Source: Cyanophora paradoxa CCMP329 (taxonomy: Eukaryota > Plantae > Glaucophyta). Taken from it: a stretch of DNA of 64,000 bases. The DNA lies in the NCBI GenBank assembly GCA_004431415.1, contig QPMI01000100.1, forward strand, positions 248,001-312,000. Reading direction: 5' to 3'. This document shows positions 28,837 through 39,142 of this stretch, piece after piece (within the stretch, counting starts at the first letter, position 1; the number at the start of each line of letters is the position of its first letter). The notes below the pieces were generated by a model. It did not search any database and had not been told where the DNA came from. It saw only the letters and a program-made list of their open reading frames with translations. A program made the position numbers and the translations under genes.

Positions 28837-31479
28837 TTACGATTCAACGTCAGAATCTTCAAACTTCGTCCCAGCTTTCTTGGCGGGAATCTTGGGGTTA
28901 GGTTCTTCCTTAATCGAATCATCATCAATTAGCTTCAACTTACGGAATTCCGCCAGCATTTCGTTCCAGATGAAGTGGTAGTAGGGTTTACCATTTGCGG
29001 TTTTCACAAGAATGTATGAAGTGCCTCGCATCTCCGTATAGAACCGCTTACTGTTGTAATCGTTCTTATATTTATTTTCCGTAATGAAGGTCTTGAATAA
29101 CTCCCATGTAGAAGCAAGACCGCTTAACTTACACTTGATTTCGGTAATCTCCCCAGTATCCATTAACCACTTTGCAAACATCAGAATGATTGGTGCGGAG
29201 ATTTGCTGAACCAGATAATACTTATTGGTCTTGGGTCTTTCTTCCTGCCAGTTGATATTATCACAATCCACCTTTGTGCGCAAGAAGTGGGTGATGTTGC
29301 GGATATTCCGAATATCATTCAACCATTTCAGAAGAGGTGTGAAGTACTCCACATTCTTACAGTATCGCTTACTCACTTCTACTACAACAAATCGACGGTC
29401 ACCCGCTTCGATCTTCACAGGGACGCTATTGTTACTTGTGAACACAATGCGCGCGAAATTCTTTTTGTCGTATGAATCTATTCCCTTGTGTTCAATAGTA
29501 ATTTTTTTAGTAGTGACAAGGTCTTTGAGAATATCGCTATTTTCGAATGTGTCTTTACCCGATGCCTCATTAACAACTATTAAGATCTTGTCTTCGCGAT
29601 TGTGAGCAAAGCGACCAAACAGGTCATCTTTCGGTTTGCCGGTCGAATATGAAAGAGCATCACCCAGAATGCTTTTCTCAAACAGATCAAACAACACGTT
29701 TTTACCAGTGCCTTGTTCACCAATTAGGATAATTGACACTCCGTTAAGTTCACCAGGTTTTTGCATCATGTGAGCAAACCATTTAAGAAGGTATTGGTAT
29801 GTGTTATCGTCTTCTCCCGACATCAGGTGAAGATGTGTGAGAAACTGCTTAATCATATCTTCGGTCACATCTTCCGGTAGTGATTCCTTGATTTCATCTA
29901 CCTCATGATCAATCTTAAAGCCAGGATACAGATTAAACACAGATTTGCATTTGGCGCTCAGTTTCGCCGGAGGCGGGAGGAAATCCACGTACATGGAACG
30001 TGTCGCCTGTGGGTCTTTGATCCATTCCGGAAATGAGGGAATCCATTTCTCAACTTCCTTCTCGGTTCCCTTGTTCAGAACGATTTTATGCATCAGGTGT
30101 GGATAGTGTTTGGAGCCGAGTTTTTGGCTATCTTTCGGGATCCACGCAAGCTGTTGTTCATCCCAATGCATCACAATACCCAGCATTTCAATGTGGTGCA
30201 TTCTCGCATTGAAATACAGACGATGCGTAGCGTAATCCTCAACGATTGGTGGGATCTTTGCGGTCTTATAATCGATGTCGTCGGAATCTTCGGGCAAGAA
30301 TGCATACTTGGTAGGGAACAACTCATTATAAAGTTCGATATCGTCCTTCTTCAACCAATAGACCAGCGAACCGTACGTTAGCCGTTTACCTTCCACCATC
30401 TTCTTGCCTTTGCAAAGACTCATGAACTTGTCATTGCATTCGTCATAATCAAACTTTTCACTTTTTTGTGAGAAGTCATGGAATATCTCAAATTGTTGCT
30501 TGCGTGGTATCTTGTTGTCTTCGCAAGCATTGATGATTGCAATACCTGTATCAATCCATGATTTGTAGGTATCCGCGCGTTCAGCATTCAAACCCATCAC
30601 AACTCCGTACAGAAGATCAAACGAAACTTCGCCACCTTTCTCTTCCTCTTCCACCTCTTCTTTCTTGGCTTCTTTTTTAGTGGTTTTCTTGGTTTCCTTC
30701 TTCGGTTCCGCTTCCTTCTTCGGTTCCGCTTCCATCTTAGTCTTTGCCTTCTTCTCTGTTTTGTTCACTGAGAAGACGTGAAAGTTTGTCTCGTCCACCA
30801 GCATTGTGGGGCAATCGGTAAATTGTACGAAAAACTCACTATCGTGCATATCCTTGCAATCGACAAACTTAGTGAATAGAACGTTCTTATCAATGTCATG
30901 CGCCCTCTTGTTTTGGGAATCAATCTTCTCACCCTTGCAACAACCCAAGCAGATTATGTTTTGAGTTGTACCATAAACACCGCTGTCGAATTCTACATTT
31001 TTGACAAGACCCATTTCATTGAAGAGTTTCGGGATATCTTCATGGCGACAGCAGAGATCAGTGAAAACGAAATGAGCGGATATCTTGAATTGATCGACAT
31101 CTTCTTTGATAAGATGAATGCGGCGATGACGAACAGATACAGCAATAGTGGCGCCGGTCAGATCATGTAATTTCTCACGCATTGCTCTAATGGTTTCTTC
31201 CGCTTCCTTGTAGTTGTCTTCAAGGTTGGGCTTCAAATCTACAAACCGATCAAGATCAAGATAAACCCGAGTTACTTGATCAGGTTGGATGCATTCAGCC
31301 CATGTTGGATACAGTCCCTTCTTCAAACTCTTATTGATGCGATCAAGAATAACATCATCATCCAGTTCCATCAGATTATCAGCATTTCGGGTTCCAGTGA
31401 GTGTTTTGAGAAACATACCAGATGTTACCTTTCCAGGGGTAAACTTGCGCAGATTGCCGAGCTTGTCCGATGGGGTCAT
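28837..31479 (-). CDS. AEP primase + PriCT-2 + SF3 helicase (element C)
   Basis: Close homolog of 2019-4613 (WAECIQP, RVYLDLD, GEQGTGKN); start placed at MTPSDK after the promoter-like motif. Confidence 0.9.
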   Translation of the reverse strand: MTPSDKLGNLRKFTPGKVTSGMFLKTLTGTRNADNLMELDDDVILDRINKSLKKGLYPTWAECIQPDQVTRVYLDLDRFVDLKPNLEDNYKEAEETIRAMREKLHDLTGATIAVSVRHRRIHLIKEDVDQFKISAHFVFTDLCCRHEDIPKLFNEMGLVKNVEFDSGVYGTTQNIICLGCCKGEKIDSQNKRAHDIDKNVLFTKFVDCKDMHDSEFFVQFTDCPTMLVDETNFHVFSVNKTEKKAKTKMEAEPKKEAEPKKETKKTTKKEAKKEEVEEEEKGGEVSFDLLYGVVMGLNAERADTYKSWIDTGIAIINACEDNKIPRKQQFEIFHDFSQKSEKFDYDECNDKFMSLCKGKKMVEGKRLTYGSLVYWLKKDDIELYNELFPTKYAFLPEDSDDIDYKTAKIPPIVEDYATHRLYFNARMHHIEMLGIVMHWDEQQLAWIPKDSQKLGSKHYPHLMHKIVLNKGTEKEVEKWIPSFPEWIKDPQATRSMYVDFLPPPAKLSAKCKSVFNLYPGFKIDHEVDEIKESLPEDVTEDMIKQFLTHLHLMSGEDDNTYQYLLKWFAHMMQKPGELNGVSIILIGEQGTGKNVLFDLFEKSILGDALSYSTGKPKDDLFGRFAHNREDKILIVVNEASGKDTFENSDILKDLVTTKKITIEHKGIDSYDKKNFARIVFTSNNSVPVKIEAGDRRFVVVEVSKRYCKNVEYFTPLLKWLNDIRNIRNITHFLRTKVDCDNINWQEERPKTNKYYLVQQISAPIILMFAKWLMDTGEITEIKCKLSGLASTWELFKTFITENKYKNDYNSKRFYTEMRGTSYILVKTANGKPYYHFIWNEMLAEFRKLKLIDDDSIKEEPNPKIPAKKAGTKFEDSDVES

Positions 31480-31691
31480 TTTCAACTTCCTCTTTCTACA
31501 ATAGGTTGAGAAAATATTTTTCTTCCTTGTCATTTTTTGGCGCATTGTCTTTAAATACTTTTTCCTCCGTATCGGGAATTAAATCGATTAAATCGGGGCA
31601 ATCGAGAAATGGTAACGGAATTACCGAATATAATCGGTAAGCCGCTCGAAAAATAAGAAATGATGTCCAGCGGCAATTGGGGGTTTTCTAT

Positions 31692-31955
31692 TCAATACTT
31701 GCGCGGTCTTCCACGCTTTCCCATATTGGTTCCCTCCTCCGCTTTACGACGGTAATACGCTTCTAATACCTTCTTCTTTTTCAGTTCGCGATATTCGGCA
31801 TCCTCATTATATCTATTGCGTTGAGCAATGATCTTACGGATTCTATAACTGATACCGTCAGCGCTTGTTTTAGTTTTCTCAGTTGGAGAGTCCATGGATT
31901 CGTCACTATCAAATTCAAGTTCAACAACGCTAACATCATCGGCAAACGCAGCCAT
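31692..31955 (-). CDS. Small basic AT-hook-like protein (type 1)
   Basis: QRNRYNEDAEYRELKK...KRGRPRKY; homolog of 1075-1320. Confidence 0.75.
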   Translation of the reverse strand: MAAFADDVSVVELEFDSDESMDSPTEKTKTSADGISYRIRKIIAQRNRYNEDAEYRELKKKKVLEAYYRRKAEEGTNMGKRGRPRKY

Positions 31956-32158
31956 CCTTATTTTAAGCAGAGAAAATATTTTATCAGTGTGTAATATCGC
32001 AGTACCTTTAAATCCTTTTTGGGTTGTCAATTTTTGGCGACCAAAGCCAGTTGGTGTCTACGTTCTTCAATTGCAGATTTAACGGCGTAAATCTTTCGTT
32101 TCGATAGTATGATGGTGTAGATCTCTTCACGTGACATTTGAAACCATAACCAAAGATT

Positions 32159-32377
32159 TTATTTATGATCGTTTTGCGAAAACGATCGGCGGCGGACAGT
32201 CTCTGTTTCCGTAACGGTGATTGTCTCAGTTGTTATCGAATCTTGCGAATGCCTTCGCCCTCCATTGCTTCCACCATCTGAGAAATCCATTTCGAATTTT
32301 GTATCGCAGCAGTCATTGTGACAATCAGTTACGCAATGCATCTCAAACATCTCAATGATCTTTTTCAGAAAGTCCAT
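32159..32377 (-). CDS. Small Cys-rich protein (CHxxCC)
   Basis: MDFLKKIIEMFEMHCVTDCHNDCC. Confidence 0.75.
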   Translation of the reverse strand: MDFLKKIIEMFEMHCVTDCHNDCCDTKFEMDFSDGGSNGGRRHSQDSITTETITVTETETVRRRSFSQNDHK

Positions 32378-32403
32378 CGATTCCCTCTTTAAAAGATATA
32401 TAT

Positions 32404-33135
32404 TTATAACCAAACTCTCCGCTTGTATGCTGTGGGAGCTACACCTTTATCAACTTCCGCTTTCGTAGCACCGGGTTCAACGGTACCCTTTTGGGTCTTG
32501 GTCTTCAACTCATCTACCGCTTGTTCATCTATTTGCGTCTCTTTCTTACCAATAAATTGCTTATCGGGAAGACCGGTGATACCCATACGGAATACTTCTT
32601 TGCGCAGCATTTCCTCAATTTTCGATCTCTCCTTTTTCTCAGTTACATACTGTTCCAGAGCGCTTGATTTCGCTTCGAGATCCTTTAATTTAGCGGTCAT
32701 TTCATCCCATTGAGCTTTCGGGATTCGGTGGATGTTTTGAGTTGGCGCAACCTTGTAAGTGACTTCACCAGCCATCGACTGTATAACCTTGTCAGATTCT
32801 TTCGAAACACCTTCACCCTTGCGAGCAAGGGAAAGATCTTTTTGACCAAGTTCACGATCATCGGCAGCATCGATAATTCGGCGAGCGCCTTCACCGACCG
32901 CCTTCATCTTTGAGACTTCCGGCGAAATGTTCAATTGCTCACTTTGGGAGGTTTGCGGCGCTTTGTCACCGGGCGCTTCTTCATAAGCAGCGTTTAAGGG
33001 GTCTTCTTCCTGTTGTGACGGTTTCACTTCGCTCATTCCGTTGAATTTCATGGGTGTGGTGTTGAGAGATCCATGACTTTCACCGCCGGAATACGATATA
33101 GCACCAGCGGGAACACCTCTACGTTTCGGCGGCAT
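32404..33135 (-). CDS. Conserved hypothetical protein, ortholog of 62-796
   Basis: Highly similar protein over its full length. Confidence 0.85.
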   Translation of the reverse strand: MPPKRRGVPAGAISYSGGESHGSLNTTPMKFNGMSEVKPSQQEEDPLNAAYEEAPGDKAPQTSQSEQLNISPEVSKMKAVGEGARRIIDAADDRELGQKDLSLARKGEGVSKESDKVIQSMAGEVTYKVAPTQNIHRIPKAQWDEMTAKLKDLEAKSSALEQYVTEKKERSKIEEMLRKEVFRMGITGLPDKQFIGKKETQIDEQAVDELKTKTQKGTVEPGATKAEVDKGVAPTAYKRRVWL

Positions 33136-33163
33136 TGTATATTTATAACATACAGAGATAATT

Positions 33164-33946
33164 TTACAATCCCCTCTTATATCGCATCAACTTATTAGTG
33201 TGAACAGCGCTTTTAATCTCTTTCGGCGCTTCCTCCTTCTCAGGCGGTTTTAGTTCATCTTCTTTCTTTTTGGGCTTTCTGTGAAACCGAGAAAACCCAA
33301 ACTCTTTAACGAGTTCCGCTTTATCAACATAGTATTCCACCGAATAATTAGCAGAACTCCAAATGAGAAACTGATAGGAATGTACATACTCTTCAAACAT
33401 CTTATAAAAAGCGTCTTTATCCCGCATGATATTGTATTCTTCTTCGATGGCTTCAAGTTCTTTCCTGTTAGCGGCACTAAGAAACATTGCGTAATCAGAA
33501 TTGACGCGAATGGTTGAAGAAACCTTACGGAGTTTCTGTGTGATGCAAATTATCGAGATCGCGCTGTGACGCCCCCTCGAATACAGAGATCCAATAATTT
33601 TATCACGGGTTAGGTCGACAATCTCATTATCTATAAGATCATCGAGAACTACACACAATTGGTTAACAGGTTCTCCTTTCTCAATTTTCTCTTGTCTTTC
33701 ATCGAGAAGTTTAGCGATGTAGGGCGCATCCCATTTACCGAGTTGCAAGGTTGCTACTTTATCCCAGAAATGATTGAATGAGGTTCCACTTACAACGAGA
33801 ACCACATCGATCTTTTTTGCATCATGGAGTTGCTTCAACCAATACTTTACCGCTTCGCTTTTACCTGTCGCAGATTTTCCGATTGCTAAGACACAAAATG
33901 GTGGGTTTATCATCTCACCGGCATTAAATTCGGGAACGTCAGACAT
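33164..33946 (-). CDS. A32-like packaging ATPase
   Basis: GKSATGKS, VVLDD, RGRH...ITQ; start at MSDVPEF because the longer ORF overlaps the MCP. Confidence 0.9.
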   Translation of the reverse strand: MSDVPEFNAGEMINPPFCVLAIGKSATGKSEAVKYWLKQLHDAKKIDVVLVVSGTSFNHFWDKVATLQLGKWDAPYIAKLLDERQEKIEKGEPVNQLCVVLDDLIDNEIVDLTRDKIIGSLYSRGRHSAISIICITQKLRKVSSTIRVNSDYAMFLSAANRKELEAIEEEYNIMRDKDAFYKMFEEYVHSYQFLIWSSANYSVEYYVDKAELVKEFGFSRFHRKPKKKEDELKPPEKEEAPKEIKSAVHTNKLMRYKRGL

Positions 33947-34007
33947 GGCGTAGTAGATCTTTCTTAATAAAGATAGATAAAAATAACGAAATCTTACTGA
34001 TAATGGT

Positions 34008-35408
34008 TTAGAGATTAATGCGGCGAATTCCGTCCTTATCGACAATAATGAACGAATGCATGAGAGCGCGAACGTTAACAGTAATTGTACGATCAGCAGG
34101 AAGATACAGAGTGAGGAACGATGACGACGAGTTCGTAAGGTCAACATATCCAGATTGGGCAATGTTGCGAATCGCCTTCTCACCATCAACACAGAATGGA
34201 AGACCGGTGAGAACGTAGCGGTTTGCTTCCTTGTCCATATTCGAGCATTTGAAGGCATCGGCGATGAGTTCGGCACCTTTGAGTAGGGGGATTGGCTCCG
34301 TTGAATAAAGACGCTGTCCGTTGATCTCACAAGTCATTGTGATATCCTTTGCATTCGCAAGCGTTTTAAGGACGCTGTGAGAACCATTGGAAGTATCGAC
34401 ACCATCAGCATCGCGAACAGAGACAAGAAGAGCATAAACCAGACCGGAGATTTGGCTAAGATTGATTCGGTTGGGTTGAGTGTTACCTTTCGCAGCAACA
34501 CCAATTGCATCGACAAAACCGATGTCGAGAGCGGGAATAGCCATCCCCGTGGTCTTAACCTTCTCAATAACAGTAGCAAACAGTTCATCGGAAACATTGA
34601 TAGCATGCATGTAGAGACGAGGAGACTTAATGGAGATGTAATGGGTCATTGGTGGAACTGTTCCAGCAACTTCAAACCCAGTAATACCGCCAGTGGTGAT
34701 GTTTTGACCGACATGGGAAAGTATAATGGCTGTTGCAGTTCCAAGTCCGTCATCTGTTGTCTTATCGGAACCAGCCTCAGAAGCAACAGGGAGAGCGCGA
34801 CCTCCATAAGACGTTTCAAGGTAACCCTTGTTAGTTTCCTTAAACCATACAGTGATAACGGCTTCGCCCGAGAGAGCGCCAAGTGGTAGGTAGTGGTTCA
34901 ACCACGGCACCGGAATTTCAACGAAGAAAGCGCCACCTTTGCGGTTGGTTCCGTGAGCGGGAATACCATGGAGCATTCCCATTGAACGCTTCTTTTTCGC
35001 CAGCTGATCCTCAGAATAGTAGACCAGCGGGAAAATCGCCAGGAAATCAGACGGCACGTGGTAGGTTTACGAGCCATACGAGAATTCAAGACGCTCTACA
35101 AGCGCACCGACGGGACGGGTGTAACCGTTTCGCACCAGGTCAGTATCACCTTCAAAAGCGGTTAGTTCGGGAAGATCGAAAGCGAGTTCAATTTTACCGA
35201 CAAAGTTGTAGCGGGGAAGTTTGAAAGAAACACGTTGACCAACATTGTTATCGTAGGTTGTTGATGGACTAACAGTTACCAGAACGGGTTTAGTCTTCGA
35301 TTCAAGACCAAGCATAAGCGAGTTATCGAGGAAGAACGCTTTGGCTTCCTCCGGCGTTGTTAGCGCCTCTTTGAGCGATAGACGTTGGAGGGTCGATGTA
35401 ACATCCAT
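34008..35408 (-). pseudogene. Major capsid protein (double jelly-roll, about 466 codons) with one in-frame TAA (35067-35069)
   Basis: ORFs 35067-35408 and 34008-35057 are in frame (EFSYGS*TYHVPSDF); N-terminal GQRVSFKLPR...FDLPEL resembles DJR MCPs; size and position between pentons and ATPase fit. Confidence 0.75.
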
Positions 35409-35462
35409 TCTGTTTTGCTTTTACTATACAAAAATATAAAAATTCTGTCAATGATCCTTAAT

Positions 35463-36494
35463 TTACGCGAATCCAGCAATATTTGGATAGAAGGGGTGGG
35501 TTTCCCTCATTCTCATTTTGAAATACTCATAAATTGGATCACCGGCGGGTTCTTCTCCATAACGAATTTCGAACGTTAAATAAATGGGTTGACCTTCGAA
35601 ATCAATTAATTCATTTTGAGCATTCACTATATCTACCGACAATTGTGATAGTGACTTTTTCTGATTGAAGTATTTGTACAATGGGTTTGCTTCTGTTGAA
35701 TTGTAAATAACGTGTTCGGCAAAGTCTTTATCTTGAACCATGAGTTTATGGAAATATCCAGTAAGCAGACCATCGGCACATTGGACGAGGTCACCCAGTT
35801 CTTTTACTCTCACATAAAACACATTATCTTTGCAGACCTCAGTTGGGAATGTAGAGATAATACCATGGACATTAGCACCTGTGAAAACCTCATCGTTAGC
35901 GGTTGAATAGACTTTTGATTTAATATATCTATTTCCATATCTTCCAGCATCAATACCAAGCATTCGACCATGGCGGTTATTCTTTTCAGCTGTTGAACTT
36001 GTTGGGTCTTTTGCAGTTGAGAATGCTATATAGAATTCAGTGGGAGCATAGAAGATAATCCGTTTATTGGCTGTATCATATTTGCATCGTATGTTAGGAT
36101 CAGGATTCAAATTATCAAAACGGTTACTTATTCGAGCGGCAAGATCCGCATGGGTATTAATAACAAGTCCATCCAGGTTTTGACCAGGACGGATAGACCG
36201 CCAAACATCGTAACCAGGAGCAGGAGCATTGGCTGAGTTAACAGCATCATTTTTAAGACTGAAATTGATAGTAAAACTGTCTTCTATTGTAACATCGCCC
36301 GGAACAGTCTCACCGCTAATAAGTGGGACGGAGTTATAGAATTCCGCAGAAACAAGACGAACCGCTCTTACATTCTCAAAAGTTTTTGGGAGGTCGGCAA
36401 TAAACCGTGATGTCGGAGCATCAAGATTAGGTAGGGTTTTGAATGAAGATACTTCGACGTATTCCACCGGCATTCTTCTTTTATCTATAACCAT
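35463..36494 (-). CDS. Putative minor capsid (penton-like, single jelly-roll) protein 1
   Basis: LPKTFENVRAVRLVSAEFYNS at the N-terminus; LSQLSVDI...LIDFEG...LTFEI at the C-terminus. Confidence 0.65.
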   Translation of the reverse strand: MVIDKRRMPVEYVEVSSFKTLPNLDAPTSRFIADLPKTFENVRAVRLVSAEFYNSVPLISGETVPGDVTIEDSFTINFSLKNDAVNSANAPAPGYDVWRSIRPGQNLDGLVINTHADLAARISNRFDNLNPDPNIRCKYDTANKRIIFYAPTEFYIAFSTAKDPTSSTAEKNNRHGRMLGIDAGRYGNRYIKSKVYSTANDEVFTGANVHGIISTFPTEVCKDNVFYVRVKELGDLVQCADGLLTGYFHKLMVQDKDFAEHVIYNSTEANPLYKYFNQKKSLSQLSVDIVNAQNELIDFEGQPIYLTFEIRYGEEPAGDPIYEYFKMRMRETHPFYPNIAGFA

Positions 36495-36502
36495 ATAATA
36501 AA

Positions 36503-37414
36503 ATGATTCGGCTTGTCAATGTCGACAGTAGAGACCGATCAGAAGGACAAAAAGAAAACTCTTACAAGGTCTCACTAACTACACCAATAACGAAACCGCG
36601 AGAATGTCGAGTTTTATATGCCGAGATTCCCAACAGCATTTATAATTCGATTGGAACCGATTATATTCTGATAAGATATAATGACAATGGAGTTTTTATT
36701 AATCAGCAAGTTTCCCCATTACCCAGTGGTTACATAAATCAAGGTCACTTTGGGGTCACTCAACCTTACAATTATGGTCTGAATTATGCCGTTACTGATA
36801 ATATCATGTTTAAGATATATTACAACCCTACAACGTACAAGTTAGAATTTTATAGTAATTTTCCTTTTGAACTTATTGCAGCAAACAACAGAATCGCTAA
36901 ATTATTGGGTCTGAGTTCCACTGTATTATTAGGTAGCATTGAACAGAACTTAGAAGATAACAGGTCTTTATATGCTCCTGAAAATATCATATTTTATGCC
37001 GGAACTCCAATAACCCCAGATCATCCACAATGGGGGATAACATTTGAAGGACCTGAATTAGTATCAGCACCGTTGAAGTATAAAGCGGTTAGTCCAAAGA
37101 TGGCGGATATGAACGCTGAACAGTATTTATACATGCACATCAAAGAACTCGCGCCGTTTGCATCCAACCATAACATAGTACCGGAATCACAACCGCAAAA
37201 CCAAGGCGCAATAATGCGATTACAATTAAGCCAGGACATCGGGAAATACATCTATCACACCGGAGAAGTGAGCGAGTATGTAAAAATAAACGATCTTAAT
37301 TTGGTGATTAAAGAGTTAACAGTAGAGTTTCGTGACTATTATGGTGATCTTGTAGATATGAACGGTATAGATAATTCGTTTCAGTTGGAGGTTTTAGCGT
37401 TGGGGAGCGATTGA
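36503..37414 (+). CDS. Putative minor capsid (penton-like) protein 2
   Basis: VDSRDR...AEIPNSIYN; ELTVEFRDYYGDLVDMNG...SFQLEV. Confidence 0.7.
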   Translation: MIRLVNVDSRDRSEGQKENSYKVSLTTPITKPRECRVLYAEIPNSIYNSIGTDYILIRYNDNGVFINQQVSPLPSGYINQGHFGVTQPYNYGLNYAVTDNIMFKIYYNPTTYKLEFYSNFPFELIAANNRIAKLLGLSSTVLLGSIEQNLEDNRSLYAPENIIFYAGTPITPDHPQWGITFEGPELVSAPLKYKAVSPKMADMNAEQYLYMHIKELAPFASNHNIVPESQPQNQGAIMRLQLSQDIGKYIYHTGEVSEYVKINDLNLVIKELTVEFRDYYGDLVDMNGIDNSFQLEVLALGSD

Positions 37415-38005
37415 AAAGATATCAGCGATGAGTTGGTTGTTTTCCTCAATATACCACCTTCTACAATTGCGGCTCCACTTAGCCCCGTTGGCTTTCAAGA
37501 ATTTCCGCAGTGTAACACGGCGTGTAATCTTCAATCCATGCTCTTCAAACTTCTTATAATAAACAGACATATTGCGATCAACCTTGAAATAGAGAAGTCG
37601 GAAAGATTGAACACGCTTAATTGTTCTGATAACATCGATAAGAGAAAACGGAGTGCATCTATACAGACGCCAGAAATCCACAACAGGTTGGTATCCTCCT
37701 TCATCTTCCGTGTCGATGTCAACAATGCTATACTTAATTGAAAAATCATGGATTTTTACGTACGAGAAACCAGCGGTAGAACGAATGACAATCTTATGCG
37801 GCTCTTCAATAAAGAAACCGATCGATTGGATATCTTTCGGAGCAAAGAATGTATTAATAAAGGAAAGTAGCATACGGTCATTATCAAGTGAGAAGATGAT
37901 ATCGAACAGCTCCGCAAGAAACGGCAGCGACTCGAATCCATCATTGAAAATCGGTATGTCATCAAAGATGTATGCCATGCGATCCGTATTAATAGTAACC
38001 GCCAT
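37394..38005 (-). CDS. Hypothetical protein with a C-terminal DUF5710-like segment
   Basis: LKANGAKWSRNCRRWYI; promoter-like motif upstream of ATG 38005. Confidence 0.55.
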   Translation of the reverse strand: MAVTINTDRMAYIFDDIPIFNDGFESLPFLAELFDIIFSLDNDRMLLSFINTFFAPKDIQSIGFFIEEPHKIVIRSTAGFSYVKIHDFSIKYSIVDIDTEDEGGYQPVVDFWRLYRCTPFSLIDVIRTIKRVQSFRLLYFKVDRNMSVYYKKFEEHGLKITRRVTLRKFLKANGAKWSRNCRRWYIEENNQLIADIFSIAPQR

Positions 38006-38240
38006 TTGATCCTTACTTATCTGAAACAGAGAAAATTTTTTCCTTCTTACCCCCAATGTATCGCGTTCTCCTTAAATCATTTTCGGTTGCTCACGGGACT
38101 TTCAAATTTTCCCACGATCATCAGTAATAACGCAAATGATAGATGAGAGGATAACGTGTATGTTTAGCGGGTTGGAGAAAGCGGAGAAGCATATAGTAGC
38201 GCGATTTCCATGTTAATCTTACGTGAATCAGTAAGGAATG

Positions 38241-38870
38241 ACACCCCACCCTACACCCCACCGTTACCATAAATTATAGCATTCCCACTTTTCAAATTGC
38301 TATATATTAGGTTGAAATTACCATATAAATAAGTGGGGGATGTATGAATTAATCGACAGGGTGGGAGGGTGGGGTGTCGTGGGGTCAAATTTCCAGAAAA
38401 TTTTGAGCGGATCCCAAAATATAATGAATCTTCAAAACATGCCCCACCAGACCCCACCGCCCCACCGTATCGATAAATATATGATATGTTAGTATTAACA
38501 CTCTAATACCAGAGAGATTACACCCAACCTGTACAGATCTAACGGTATTTACACCCAACCTGTACAGATCTAACGGTATTTACATGTTAATTTCCGCTTC
38601 TATATCGTAGAGATTCCCACACTGAATTATGTAAGAGATTACACCCCACCTTACACCCAACCATTACCATAACACATAACAATTCCACTATTCAAATTGA
38701 TATATATTAGATTGAAATTACCATATAATTAAGTATGGAAGTATAAATTAATCGATAGGGTGGGGAGGTGGGGTGTGGTGGGGTCACTTTTCAGAAAAAT
38801 TTAGAACGCCAAGAAAATTATAGCAATTCGAAAAACAGACCCAACCAGACCCCACCGCCCCACCTTATCA
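38241..38870. repeat. Two terminal-region copies of the C iteron module plus a 31-bp direct repeat (about 38520-38582)
   Basis: acaccccacc...ggtgggg...accccaccgccccacc occurs twice. Confidence 0.85.
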
Positions 38871-39071
38871 TTAAATGAATCACGCAGTAAATTGTAGTTG
38901 TTTACGATAAATGCAATCGGGATTATATCGGATTTACATTAAATATATCGCGATTATATCGAATTTGCATAAAAATTAATCGTGGTTATATCGAATTTAT
39001 CATTTTCACATCGATAATTACATATAAATATGTATAATATCATGTTAAATTTATATAAAATATGTATTAAC

Positions 39072-39142
39072 ACACATAAAGATAAACGTATTTTTAACCT
39101 GAGCGGAACGCGAGGGTTAAAAATACGTTTATCTTTATGTGT
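39072..39142 (+). repeat. Terminal hairpin of element C (28-bp perfect arms, 15-nt structured cap)
   Basis: acacataaagataaacgtatttttaacc - tgagcggaacgcgag - ggttaaaaatacgtttatctttatgtgt; host DNA starts at 39143. Confidence 0.95.

Larger units (their letters stand above)
25283..39142 (-). mobile_element. Polinton-like virus element C (inverted; left boundary uncertain; no integrase)
   Basis: Penton-like x2, MCP, ATPase, primase-helicase and PolB; terminal hairpin abuts GC-rich host DNA. Confidence 0.9.

Noticed and set aside
33947-34330. 128-aa N-terminal extension of the C ATPase (and 13928-14011 for B)
   Set aside because: These overlap the MCP 3' end in another frame and are not conserved between B and C.
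28271-35069. Alternative genetic code or selenocysteine explaining the in-frame TGA/TAA
   Set aside because: Both codons terminate other genes normally in these elements, and the TGA aligns with Arg in A.
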